Shown here one piece after another: positions 55,646 to 64,000 of a stretch of 64,000 nucleotides of DNA (within the stretch, counting starts at the first letter, position 1; each line of letters begins with the position of its first letter). Location: positions 174,136-238,135 of IMG/VR virus record IMGVR_UViG_3300032327_000953, one strand, 5' to 3'. Below the pieces are notes generated by a model. The model was not told the origin of the DNA and did no database searches. It saw only the letters and a program-made list of their open reading frames with translations. The translations under genes were made by a program, and so were the position numbers. The DNA comes from a virus. Its lineage: Duplodnaviria > Caudoviricetes.

Positions 55646-57265
55646 ATGACAAAATATTTAAAGTTTTCTTGCGGATGTAAATTTTTGGTTGATGATATCG
55701 ATCATTTGGATTTCGATATTAATACCATTCCTTTGGATTGTCAAAAAACATGGGATCTTATTGCAGATGGAAATACTAAGGGATGTTTTCAGCTTGAATC
55801 AAGATTGGGTCAAGCTATGGCTAAAAAACTTAAGCCAGAAAATATCGAACAATTAGCTGGTCTAATTAGTATTATGCGTCCCGGTTGCTTAGAAGCGGTT
55901 AGAGAAGGAAAAACTGTTAGTAATCACTTTATTGATAGGAAAAATGGTAATGAAAGTATAGATTATTATCATCCAGCACTTAAAGGGATTTTGGAATCTA
56001 CTTATGGTGAGATGGTTTATCAAGAACAAAGTATGCAAATAGCCCAAGAATTGGCGGGCTTTGATTTGCAAGAAGCGGACATGTTAAGAAAAGCTATTGG
56101 TAAAAAGAAGCCAGAAGAGATGGCCAAATTAAAGAAGGTATTTATTAATGGATGTATAGGTAAGAAAATAGTCTCAGAGCCAGAAGCAGAAGAAATTTTC
56201 GGCTGGATTGAAAAGTCTCAGAGATATTCATTTAATAAATCACATGCTGTTAGTTATGCGATTAATGGATACTTATCGGCATATGCTAAAGCTCATTTTC
56301 CAAAGATATTTTTTGTATCATATCTAAGATTCGCAAAAGATAAAATAGATCCTCAGCAAGAAATCAAAGAGCTTGTTAATAATGCAAGCACTATGGGTAT
56401 ACAGGTATTATTACCAAAATTCAAGTTGATGAATAAAGAATTCATATCGATAGGAGATAATATCTATTTCGGCTTAACTAATATCAAGGGTGTCGGAGAA
56501 TCTGTATTTGACAATCTATTAGAACAATATAAAAATACTGGCATAGATGATAATTCAAGCATTATAACAATTTTTTGCAGACTATTGTGCAATATTAATA
56601 GTGCTGCTGCTAAGGCTATGATATCAGCCGGATGTTTTGATGACTATAAGACACCAAGAACAGAACTACTATTATATTTAGAATTGCTCAATAAATTAAC
56701 CAAAAAAGAATCAGAACAAATCTGCATAAATAACCTTGATAAGAATAATAAAAAGTTCAGAGATGTTTTTGTTCAGTTATTAGATTGTAAGGTTACTAAA
56801 AAGAGAAAAATATTAATTCAAGAATTTATAGACACAATAGATAAGCCTCCATATTCGCTAAAAGACAATATGCAATGGATAGCAGAGACAGAAGGATCTC
56901 TATTAGGTCTACCGATCACATGCACCAAAACGGATTGTTATTCTCAAAATTATGAAGCAAATATTATAACTTGCAAAGAATTTAAAGATATAATGACACA
57001 AAATAAGAAAGTTTCGGTCATGGGTGAAATTAGTCGTCTTAGTGTTATCAGAACAAAACAAGGAAAAAACAAAGGAGCAAATATGGCTTTTTTGGAAATC
57101 TTTGATAGCTCTGGCACAATAGATTCGGTAGTGCTATTTCCAGAACAGTATACTAATTTTAGTGACGTTCTTAAGGAAAACGAAGTTTTAGTTTTTGTGG
57201 GTTCTAAATCAAAAAAATCTGACAATAGCCTGATTGTAGAAAAATGTTTTATTCCAGAGTCTTGA
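55646..57265 (+). CDS. dnaE: DNA polymerase III alpha, C-terminal part (fingers, HhH, OB)
   Basis: TKGCFQLES, RPG, YQEQ, AGF..ADMLRKA.GKK, YSFNKSHA, FGLTNIKGVG, MAFLEIFD. Confidence 0.92.
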   Translation: MTKYLKFSCGCKFLVDDIDHLDFDINTIPLDCQKTWDLIADGNTKGCFQLESRLGQAMAKKLKPENIEQLAGLISIMRPGCLEAVREGKTVSNHFIDRKNGNESIDYYHPALKGILESTYGEMVYQEQSMQIAQELAGFDLQEADMLRKAIGKKKPEEMAKLKKVFINGCIGKKIVSEPEAEEIFGWIEKSQRYSFNKSHAVSYAINGYLSAYAKAHFPKIFFVSYLRFAKDKIDPQQEIKELVNNASTMGIQVLLPKFKLMNKEFISIGDNIYFGLTNIKGVGESVFDNLLEQYKNTGIDDNSSIITIFCRLLCNINSAAAKAMISAGCFDDYKTPRTELLLYLELLNKLTKKESEQICINNLDKNNKKFRDVFVQLLDCKVTKKRKILIQEFIDTIDKPPYSLKDNMQWIAETEGSLLGLPITCTKTDCYSQNYEANIITCKEFKDIMTQNKKVSVMGEISRLSVIRTKQGKNKGANMAFLEIFDSSGTIDSVVLFPEQYTNFSDVLKENEVLVFVGSKSKKSDNSLIVEKCFIPES

Positions 57266-57289
57266 CACTAGGGACACCAAATCTATAAT
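57262..57289 (+). promoter_or_regulatory. consensus sigma70 promoter TTGACA-N16-TATAAT
   Basis: Perfect hexamers upstream of ssb. Confidence 0.8.
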
Positions 57290-57332
57290 AAGCCAGTGGT
57301 TGGTTTTGTTTATACCTTTACAGGAGTTTGAC

Positions 57333-57728
57333 ATGAATATTGTTATTTTGAGAGGAAATTTGACCAGGGATCCAGAGCTACGACACATTAACTCTTCTGC
57401 TTCGGATAGAAAGACAGCTGTGGTAAATTTTACCGTGGCAGTGTCTCGTGAGTTTAGCAGAGCTAATGGAACGAAGGATAAGGTAACATCTTTTATTTCT
57501 TGTGAAGCTTGGGATAGTGGTGCCGAGACCATTGCCAATTCTTTCGCAAAGGGCGATTTAGTCCTTGTCGAAGGAACTCTTCGTAATGATTCTTGGGAAA
57601 AGGATGGGGTTAAGCACAGCACCCTTAAGGTTAGAGTAAATAACTTCTCTAAGATTACGAAGATCTCAAAGAAGAATGCTCAGACTAATGAGCAGCAAGA
57701 GACCGAAGAAGAGACTGTGGCGTTCTGA
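57333..57728 (+). CDS. ssb: single-stranded DNA-binding protein
   Basis: MNIVILRGNLTRDPELR, CEAW, GDLVLVEG.LR, acidic tail ending in F; SD AGGAG. Confidence 0.93.
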   Translation: MNIVILRGNLTRDPELRHINSSASDRKTAVVNFTVAVSREFSRANGTKDKVTSFISCEAWDSGAETIANSFAKGDLVLVEGTLRNDSWEKDGVKHSTLKVRVNNFSKITKISKKNAQTNEQQETEEETVAF

Positions 57729-57752
57729 TTCTAAACAATAAGTTGTCTAATA

Positions 57753-57784
57753 AGCGTGGGGGTGGAAAACACCCCCTGCTTTTT
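57753..57784 (+). terminator. rho-independent terminator
   Basis: GGGGGTG-GAAAA-CACCCCC core stem plus T tail. Confidence 0.85.
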
Positions 57785-57804
57785 AGATTCTATCAAGGCT
57801 AAAG

Positions 57805-59475
57805 ATGACTCAAAAATATAAGCCCAAAATTTTAATGTGTTCCGAAGCTAGCTTTTTACACTCTGGCTATGGTACATATGCTAAAGAAGTATTGACAAGA
57901 CTCTACAATAGTGGTAAATATGAAATAGCAGAATTTGCATCCTATGGTCATATGAATGATCCTAGAGATAAGAATATTCCATGGAAGTATTATCCTAATG
58001 CTGTTAGAGAAGACGATAAAAGATTCCAAGAGTATAATTCAAATCCAGAAAATGCTTTTGGTAAATGGAGATTTGATCGTGTTGTACTTGATTTCATGCC
58101 AGATATAGTTTTTGATATTCGAGATTTCTGGATGAATTCTTATCAAAAATTCTCAATACTAAGACCGTTCTTTAATTGGGTAGTTATGCCAACTGTAGAT
58201 TCTAAGCCACAACAAGAAGAATGGCTTGATGTTTATATGGATGCTGATGCAGTATTGTCGTACTCTGATTGGGGTGGTTCTGTTCTACAATCGCAAACTA
58301 ATAATAAGATCAAGTATTTTGATAAGGCTCCCCCAGCAGTTGATCTCAATGTATTCAGACCATTAAATCAAGAAGAGATCAGAAAGAATCTGGGTGTTCC
58401 TGTTGAAGCAAATATTATTGGTTCTGTTATGCGAAATCAAAAACGCAAACTAATTCCAGATTTGATCGAATCAGTTAGAATCTTTTTGAATAAGTGCGAA
58501 CAACAAAAGAGTGAGGTTGGCCCCGACACTTATCTATATTTACATACTAGCTATCCAGATGCAGGATGGAGTCTTCCAAGTCTTCTAAAAGAACATAGCA
58601 TGGGCAAAAGAGTTCTCTTCACCTACCTATGCAAAAACTGCAAACAAATTCATGCTCATGCATTTTGCCATACTATCAAAACGTGCCCTCATTGCGGACA
58701 AAAAGCAGCAGCATTTCCATCAGTATCAGATGGTGTTTCTACTGAACAATTAGCTCAGGTATATAATACTTTTGATATTTATGTACAATATGCGATTTGT
58801 GAAGGCTTCGGTATGCCACAGGTAGAGGCTGCTGCTTGTGGTATTCCAATAGCATCTGTTAATTATAGCGCAATGTCAGACCTTATTAAGATATTGAATG
58901 GATACTCTATTGAACCTCAAAGATTCTTTAAAGAGATGGAAACAGAGGCGTATAGGGTATTCCCAAATAATGATCAACTAATCTTTACTCTATGGACATA
59001 TTTTGGAATAGAAAAAGAAAAGAGACAACAGATTTCATCAAAGGTTAGAAAATTAGTAGAGGATAATTTTAATTGGGATAAGACTACTGATGTATGGATG
59101 AAGATATTTGATAATATACTAGCCAATAAAAATCGTAGGGTGTGGGGTTCAATAGAGCAAGACTATATTGCCAAACTTGATATAGAAGAATTTAAGTCTT
59201 TTACCAAGTCATACGAAGCATTAAAGTATATATGCAATGATAGAATAAAAGAACCAGATCTAACAAACAATATGCTTAGTTTGAATCTTTTAAAATATAG
59301 TGATTATGGGTTTGTTACAAATGGCATGAATATTAAAAAGTTTAGTTTCCAAGATTTGATGAATGTATATAATAAATACATCGAAAATAAAAATATAGTT
59401 AAGTATGCTATGAATAATAAAGAGCTTCTTAATAATGAAGATTATATCAGATACTCCAATCAGAGATCTCAATGA
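57805..59475 (+). CDS. GT4 glycosyltransferase with Zn-ribbon insert
   Basis: RNQKRK, CKNC..CPHC, YNTFDIYV..CEGFGMPQVEAAACG. Confidence 0.88.
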   Translation: MTQKYKPKILMCSEASFLHSGYGTYAKEVLTRLYNSGKYEIAEFASYGHMNDPRDKNIPWKYYPNAVREDDKRFQEYNSNPENAFGKWRFDRVVLDFMPDIVFDIRDFWMNSYQKFSILRPFFNWVVMPTVDSKPQQEEWLDVYMDADAVLSYSDWGGSVLQSQTNNKIKYFDKAPPAVDLNVFRPLNQEEIRKNLGVPVEANIIGSVMRNQKRKLIPDLIESVRIFLNKCEQQKSEVGPDTYLYLHTSYPDAGWSLPSLLKEHSMGKRVLFTYLCKNCKQIHAHAFCHTIKTCPHCGQKAAAFPSVSDGVSTEQLAQVYNTFDIYVQYAICEGFGMPQVEAAACGIPIASVNYSAMSDLIKILNGYSIEPQRFFKEMETEAYRVFPNNDQLIFTLWTYFGIEKEKRQQISSKVRKLVEDNFNWDKTTDVWMKIFDNILANKNRRVWGSIEQDYIAKLDIEEFKSFTKSYEALKYICNDRIKEPDLTNNMLSLNLLKYSDYGFVTNGMNIKKFSFQDLMNVYNKYIENKNIVKYAMNNKELLNNEDYIRYSNQRSQ

Positions 59476-60638
59476 AAAATATTCTATACGTAGGACCATA
59501 TAAACAGAATGACGGATGGGGATATGCTGCTAGAGACTATCTAAAGTCTATAGGATATGCATGTAAAAAACTTGGATATAATCTCAAATCATCTCCAATT
59601 TTCCTATCTGGTAATGTTGATAAAGAAATTCCAGAAGAGATAAGAGCTTACGAAAAAGCTACAATATCTGGTAAGTTTGATACTATTATTCAAAAAGCAT
59701 TACCTCAAGCAATATGTCCTATCTATCCTTATAAGAATATAGGCCTATGTGTTTTTGAGCAGAGAAATTTGGGGCATTCCTCTTATATTAAACAAGTATT
59801 CAGTAGGATGGATAGTCTTTGGGTTCCTTCTAAAATTGAGAAAGAAGAGCTAATAAAAGCAGGAATCGAATCAACACGTAACATATCACAACCTATAGAC
59901 TGTGATGAAATAGATTCATTAGTAGGCCCCTTAGAGAAAAATAAGTTTGATCTGCTAAAATTGAATTCTAAGTATAAAAACTATACGAAGTTTTATTTTA
60001 TTGGGGCTTTCACTACCCGTAAAAATATTATGAATCTTATTATTGCTTTTAGCCATGAATTTAAAGCTAATGATAAAGCAATTCTAATTATTAAAACTGA
60101 TCATATGTCTACACAACAAAGAGATATGGTGATAAAAAATATAAAGGAAGTATTATCATCATCAAAATACAATAAAGAACTAAGAGACAACATTATTATT
60201 ATTACTGATCGTATGGATCGTAACCAACTATTAGCACTACATTATAGTTGTGATGCTTTTGTTTGTGCTTCAAAAGGAGAGGCTTTTTGCCGTCCTCTAG
60301 CAGAATCAATAAGAATTGGAAAATACCCAATTGCGGTTGATGGAACAGGAGCAGGGGAATTAATAGATACTAATGTTGGAGGTATGCTTATTCCATCTCA
60401 TTTAGAATATGTAGAACCAAATCCAGCTAATGTAAGTTTGGATCATGAGTGCGAGTTGGAGCAGTGGTGTGAGCCGTCCATGATTGATATGAGAAAAGTG
60501 CTACGACAAACACACTCTTATTTATCAGGACTTAGTAGCGATGAGAGAACTGATTTGTCAATGAGTCTTAAAAATTATGCTAACAAATTTTCTATTCAAA
60601 GTATAGGTGATAATATATGTTCTTTGGATATAATGTAG
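59472..60638 (+). CDS. GT4 glycosyltransferase
   Basis: DGWGYAA, RKNI, SKGEAFCRPLAES. Confidence 0.82.
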   Translation: MKNILYVGPYKQNDGWGYAARDYLKSIGYACKKLGYNLKSSPIFLSGNVDKEIPEEIRAYEKATISGKFDTIIQKALPQAICPIYPYKNIGLCVFEQRNLGHSSYIKQVFSRMDSLWVPSKIEKEELIKAGIESTRNISQPIDCDEIDSLVGPLEKNKFDLLKLNSKYKNYTKFYFIGAFTTRKNIMNLIIAFSHEFKANDKAILIIKTDHMSTQQRDMVIKNIKEVLSSSKYNKELRDNIIIITDRMDRNQLLALHYSCDAFVCASKGEAFCRPLAESIRIGKYPIAVDGTGAGELIDTNVGGMLIPSHLEYVEPNPANVSLDHECELEQWCEPSMIDMRKVLRQTHSYLSGLSSDERTDLSMSLKNYANKFSIQSIGDNICSLDIM

Positions 60639-61519
60639 GATCTACTTTACACAAAGTAATTACTAGTGATATTAATCTATTTTATGGTATTACTCATACT
60701 TTAACAGATAACTTTATTAGTAACTTATTAGATCAAGACAGACATTCTATTTTTGTGGAAACATCTAGTGGCACAAGACCAGAAAACTTTGTCACAATAA
60801 AAAAACCATCAGAGCCACCAGTATTTTTAGATACATGGATCGGCTCCTATAAAGATTCTAAAACATTAGCCTTTATGCATATTCCAGGAATAATCAATAT
60901 TCCCACTGCACATGCTATTGATCAAAATCAAAGATTAAAATCAGCAGTACATATCTGCTATGATGAACAAACTCTAGAATATCTAAATAATCTTGGAGTT
61001 TCATGCCAATTGATTCAACCAGCAATACTGCCATCATTTATTCAAACCAATGTGGACATATCAGATAAAAGTATAGATATTGGAATTCTGCAAAATAGTT
61101 ATGAATCAGATAGACTAGAATCTATACTACAAACAATGAAGACCAGTTTACCAAACCTCAATATACAGATCTTCCAAGATAATCAAACTAACGAATATTT
61201 AGATGAGAAACTAAAACAAACTAAAATTGTAGTCACTCTTGATCCAGTATCCCCAATAGATATAACATACGCAACCAATTTTTGCAATGTTATAATCTGC
61301 ACAAATCTACCCTCTAATGAACTTCCAAATAGAGTATATACTGCCAAGAACTTAGAAATACTTTTAGAAAAAAGCAATAAGATATTAACCGAATATGATA
61401 AGCTTTTTAATACTTTGAGTACGGAAAAAAATAGATTGCTATTAAATAATAATTTTGACAAAAGCCGTGAACTAATGAATTCACTATTAGAATATCTTTC
61501 GGAGAAAACTGCACTATGA
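60617..61519 (+). CDS. divergent GT-B-like hypothetical protein
   Basis: Context and weak KSIDIG / KIVV pattern. Confidence 0.5.
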   Translation: MFFGYNVGSTLHKVITSDINLFYGITHTLTDNFISNLLDQDRHSIFVETSSGTRPENFVTIKKPSEPPVFLDTWIGSYKDSKTLAFMHIPGIINIPTAHAIDQNQRLKSAVHICYDEQTLEYLNNLGVSCQLIQPAILPSFIQTNVDISDKSIDIGILQNSYESDRLESILQTMKTSLPNLNIQIFQDNQTNEYLDEKLKQTKIVVTLDPVSPIDITYATNFCNVIICTNLPSNELPNRVYTAKNLEILLEKSNKILTEYDKLFNTLSTEKNRLLLNNNFDKSRELMNSLLEYLSEKTAL

Positions 61520-61929
61520 AAAAACATATACATTGTTTTATATCTGAGTCTAATCAATTGGATGGAGCCAGAAATGTTGATATTAATGAAATGAAAAATG
61601 TAGCCAATGGTTCTTGTGATTATGTATCTTTTGTGGAACTAAATAGTATCCCCTTGGATAATATAGACGCTGTGGTTACAGCATTGAGTAAAAAAATAAA
61701 GCTAGGAACAGGAAGATTATTAATTGAATTCCTAAACTTTGATAAAACTATTAGTGATATCATGTTTTCAAAACTAGATATTAATAAGTTAAATAGCCTT
61801 TTATCAGACAAAGGTTCTTTTTTCTATGAAGAAATGCTAACTAAAATATTTGAAAAAAATAATATACAGTTAGAACACATAATATACGAAAACTACAATA
61901 CTAAGATGAGCGTGTTAAGAAATGAATAA
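61516..61929 (+). CDS. hypothetical protein, possibly degenerate methyltransferase
   Basis: NGSCDYV, LLIEF. Confidence 0.5.
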   Translation: MKKHIHCFISESNQLDGARNVDINEMKNVANGSCDYVSFVELNSIPLDNIDAVVTALSKKIKLGTGRLLIEFLNFDKTISDIMFSKLDINKLNSLLSDKGSFFYEEMLTKIFEKNNIQLEHIIYENYNTKMSVLRNE

Positions 61930-62413
61930 TTACTATCTAATACTTTTTATTGATGAATTTGATCCAGATAAAATAACTGAGATTCTTAATCTGGAAAAGA
62001 AAATAGGATTCTGTTCTTTGATTTATAAACCCGAATATGGATATAAGTTTGAGACTCTACTAAAACACGTAACAGAGATAGATAAAAAATATCCGTGGAA
62101 AATACATGAGATGACTTTAGAGGACTATCCTATTACCGAATGTATAGACGTTGTTTTAGATACTAATATTCGTAAAAATAGTACAACTCATTACATTGTA
62201 TTCAAAAACTACAAGTTATTCGATGGCAAATTTATCGATCTAGTTAATGATATCTATGATAAGAATGATAAAATTGATGCTATTATGAAAAAAGACGACG
62301 AGAATAATGGCTTCACAACATCCTTCAGCACCCACATGATTTTAAACAAAAACAATCAAGACACTCTTGTTCAAAAACTGTTAGATAATGACAAAGAAAT
62401 CTACTACCTGTAA
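61922..62413 (+). CDS. hypothetical protein
   Basis: ORF packing. Confidence 0.65.
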   Translation: MNNYYLILFIDEFDPDKITEILNLEKKIGFCSLIYKPEYGYKFETLLKHVTEIDKKYPWKIHEMTLEDYPITECIDVVLDTNIRKNSTTHYIVFKNYKLFDGKFIDLVNDIYDKNDKIDAIMKKDDENNGFTTSFSTHMILNKNNQDTLVQKLLDNDKEIYYL

Positions 62414-63065
62414 TAAATATAATGTTATTCTTTTAGCATATGAAATTACAAAAGGCATGAAATCTATTGGCTCTAAAAGTTTAATGAACATTAAGATAGA
62501 TAACCATCAAGATACCATTTTGAAACATCAAATTGTGTCTGTAAAAAAACATATACCTAGTTTAGCTTCCATAAGTGTTGTGTTAGGTTTTGATAAAGAG
62601 AAAATTAAGAAGAAAATTTCTTTTGGTCATGGAGTTACTCTAATAGATAATGATGAATATGATAAATATGGTCAATCATATGCTATTAAATTAGCTCTAG
62701 AAAAAATTCATAATAATTATCCAACAGTTATTATTGGTAGTCATATTATTTTACGAAAGAATATATTTGATGTTTGTAGCATTCAACACAATAATATTTT
62801 TTCCATAAAGAACTGTACTAATGCGTTTTTTAAAATTGGCTGTACTCATCATGACGGAAATGTGGAATATTTGTGTTATGATCTTAGTCCTAAATGGGCA
62901 GAAATTTTTGTATTACAGCAAAACGGAATAAAAGATTTCATAAGTATACTTGATCAGAATAATCACATGATGCTGTTTGAAGCTATAAATAATTCCATAG
63001 ACAACACTAGTACTATTAATCATTATATCTATAACAACTCTCTCTTAACCATAAATCACAAATGA
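62388..63065 (+). CDS. nucleotidyltransferase-like (NTP_transf/LicC-like) protein
   Basis: VILLAY..KGMKSIGSKSL, SVVLGF, YGQSYAI. Confidence 0.65.
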   Translation: MTKKSTTCNKYNVILLAYEITKGMKSIGSKSLMNIKIDNHQDTILKHQIVSVKKHIPSLASISVVLGFDKEKIKKKISFGHGVTLIDNDEYDKYGQSYAIKLALEKIHNNYPTVIIGSHIILRKNIFDVCSIQHNNIFSIKNCTNAFFKIGCTHHDGNVEYLCYDLSPKWAEIFVLQQNGIKDFISILDQNNHMMLFEAINNSIDNTSTINHYIYNNSLLTINHK

Positions 63066-63859
63066 AATTTACAATACAGTTCACATTCAACACGAAGTTT
63101 TTGCAACATATGGCATATGATATTAATGCCTTTGGCGAATTATCAGCATATCGCCCAGGATCTTTATTCGATCAATACTTCTCATATGAAGATAAAGCAA
63201 ATCACAAATTCATCTTTAGTGCATCGGCAATTAACACAGAGATTATTAGTTTTATTCAAGAAGTAGAACACAAGAGAAACATTTTCCTATATTTTGATAC
63301 CTTTAATAAGTCTTTACATGACGATGCCACAAAGAACAATATACAATGTTTGGTACATCAACAAGATACTAAGAATATCAAGAACTTAAAATCAACAATT
63401 AAAATAGATACAATGTTCAGTGAGCACCTACTAAATTCTTTTGATAAGCAGAAACAACTTTCTGGTATTGACATTATTGCCAACTTGAATGGTCTAGAAC
63501 ATCTACCAGAATCATTAAATACATTTCTATATCCAAAGAATAAAAAACTTAATATCAAAATGTTTGATGGTGGAAAAATTTCACATCCACAAAATCTAGG
63601 ATGGGTTGATGATCAGACATTCTTGGAATTGATAAATAATTGCAGAATTTTAGTAGCACCAACAAATACATTTTTAACATACGGTCTACTTTTGAAGAAA
63701 CCAACAATAGCATTAGAAAATAATAATTGGATCAAAAAAATAGACCTAACAGAGGATCTTCTACTTGATGAAAGTAAAATACCAGAACCATCTTTAAGCA
63801 TCAAGGATATTAGAAGAGTAAATTCGTACAAAAACTTTATAGAGAAAAACATACTATGA
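63062..63859 (+). CDS. divergent GT-like hypothetical protein
   Basis: QNLGW..D..ELINNC C-terminal pattern; context. Confidence 0.5.
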   Translation: MKFTIQFTFNTKFLQHMAYDINAFGELSAYRPGSLFDQYFSYEDKANHKFIFSASAINTEIISFIQEVEHKRNIFLYFDTFNKSLHDDATKNNIQCLVHQQDTKNIKNLKSTIKIDTMFSEHLLNSFDKQKQLSGIDIIANLNGLEHLPESLNTFLYPKNKKLNIKMFDGGKISHPQNLGWVDDQTFLELINNCRILVAPTNTFLTYGLLLKKPTIALENNNWIKKIDLTEDLLLDESKIPEPSLSIKDIRRVNSYKNFIEKNIL

Positions 63860-64000
63860 ATAACGCATTAGGATTTATAGCTATCAATATAGAAGATAAT
63901 CCTCAATCCAAGTTTACTGTGGACATGATCAATAAGCTTAGCGACTCTGCTCCATATATGGATCATATTCTATTTAATAGCTACTATCAGTTTTTACCTA
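63856..64000 (+). CDS. hypothetical protein, 3'-truncated by window edge
   Basis: ATGA-coupled start, open to the end. Confidence 0.65.
   Translation, partial: MNNALGFIAINIEDNPQSKFTVDMINKLSDSAPYMDHILFNSYYQFLP

Noticed and set aside
52200-55760. Split intein or intron joining the dnaE halves
   Set aside because: No intein terminal motifs; the intervening DNA is fully occupied by ordinary genes including dnaQ.
948-63852. Numerous 60-144 aa opposite-strand or alternate-frame ORFs in the track (e.g. 33198-33632, 44684-45079, 46920-47312, 57209-57622)
   Set aside because: They lie wholly within well-supported genes, lack RBS and motifs, and are expected shadow ORFs.
1-64000. tRNA/rRNA genes
   Set aside because: Intergenic gaps are short, and none shows a cloverleaf with a T-loop GTTC motif.

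Overview
AT-rich, gene-dense segment of a large (probably jumbo) dsDNA bacteriophage, almost all on the + strand. It carries a replication/recombination block (RuvB, RecA/UvsX, DnaB, primase, dNMP kinase, PD-(D/E)XK nuclease, DnaE split into two genes, DnaQ, SSB) and nucleotide-metabolism genes (GuaC, dCMP deaminase, monomeric class II RNR, NDT-like). It also has PhoH, a sigma factor, five proteases from four families, an actin-fold ATPase, a large Pro/Thr-linked fibre-like protein and a dozen or more glycosylation-type genes, including one inverted 4-gene block with a GT60 enzyme. No tRNA, rRNA or CRISPR array was seen. The top observation is in the dnaE N-terminal gene. It has a strong RBS and ATG at 50427, but its PHP metal-binding motif is interrupted by a 9-nt in-frame insert (TCT-[TAG CGA TCT]-CAC). 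The insert has matched Ser codons around a stop, and the inserted bases pair perfectly with downstream coding sequence to form a hairpin. It sits directly behind a free-standing HNH-type endonuclease gene. This resembles a miniature version of the T4 mobA / gene 60 ribosomal-bypass cassette. All calls come from motif reading by eye; no database searches were run.
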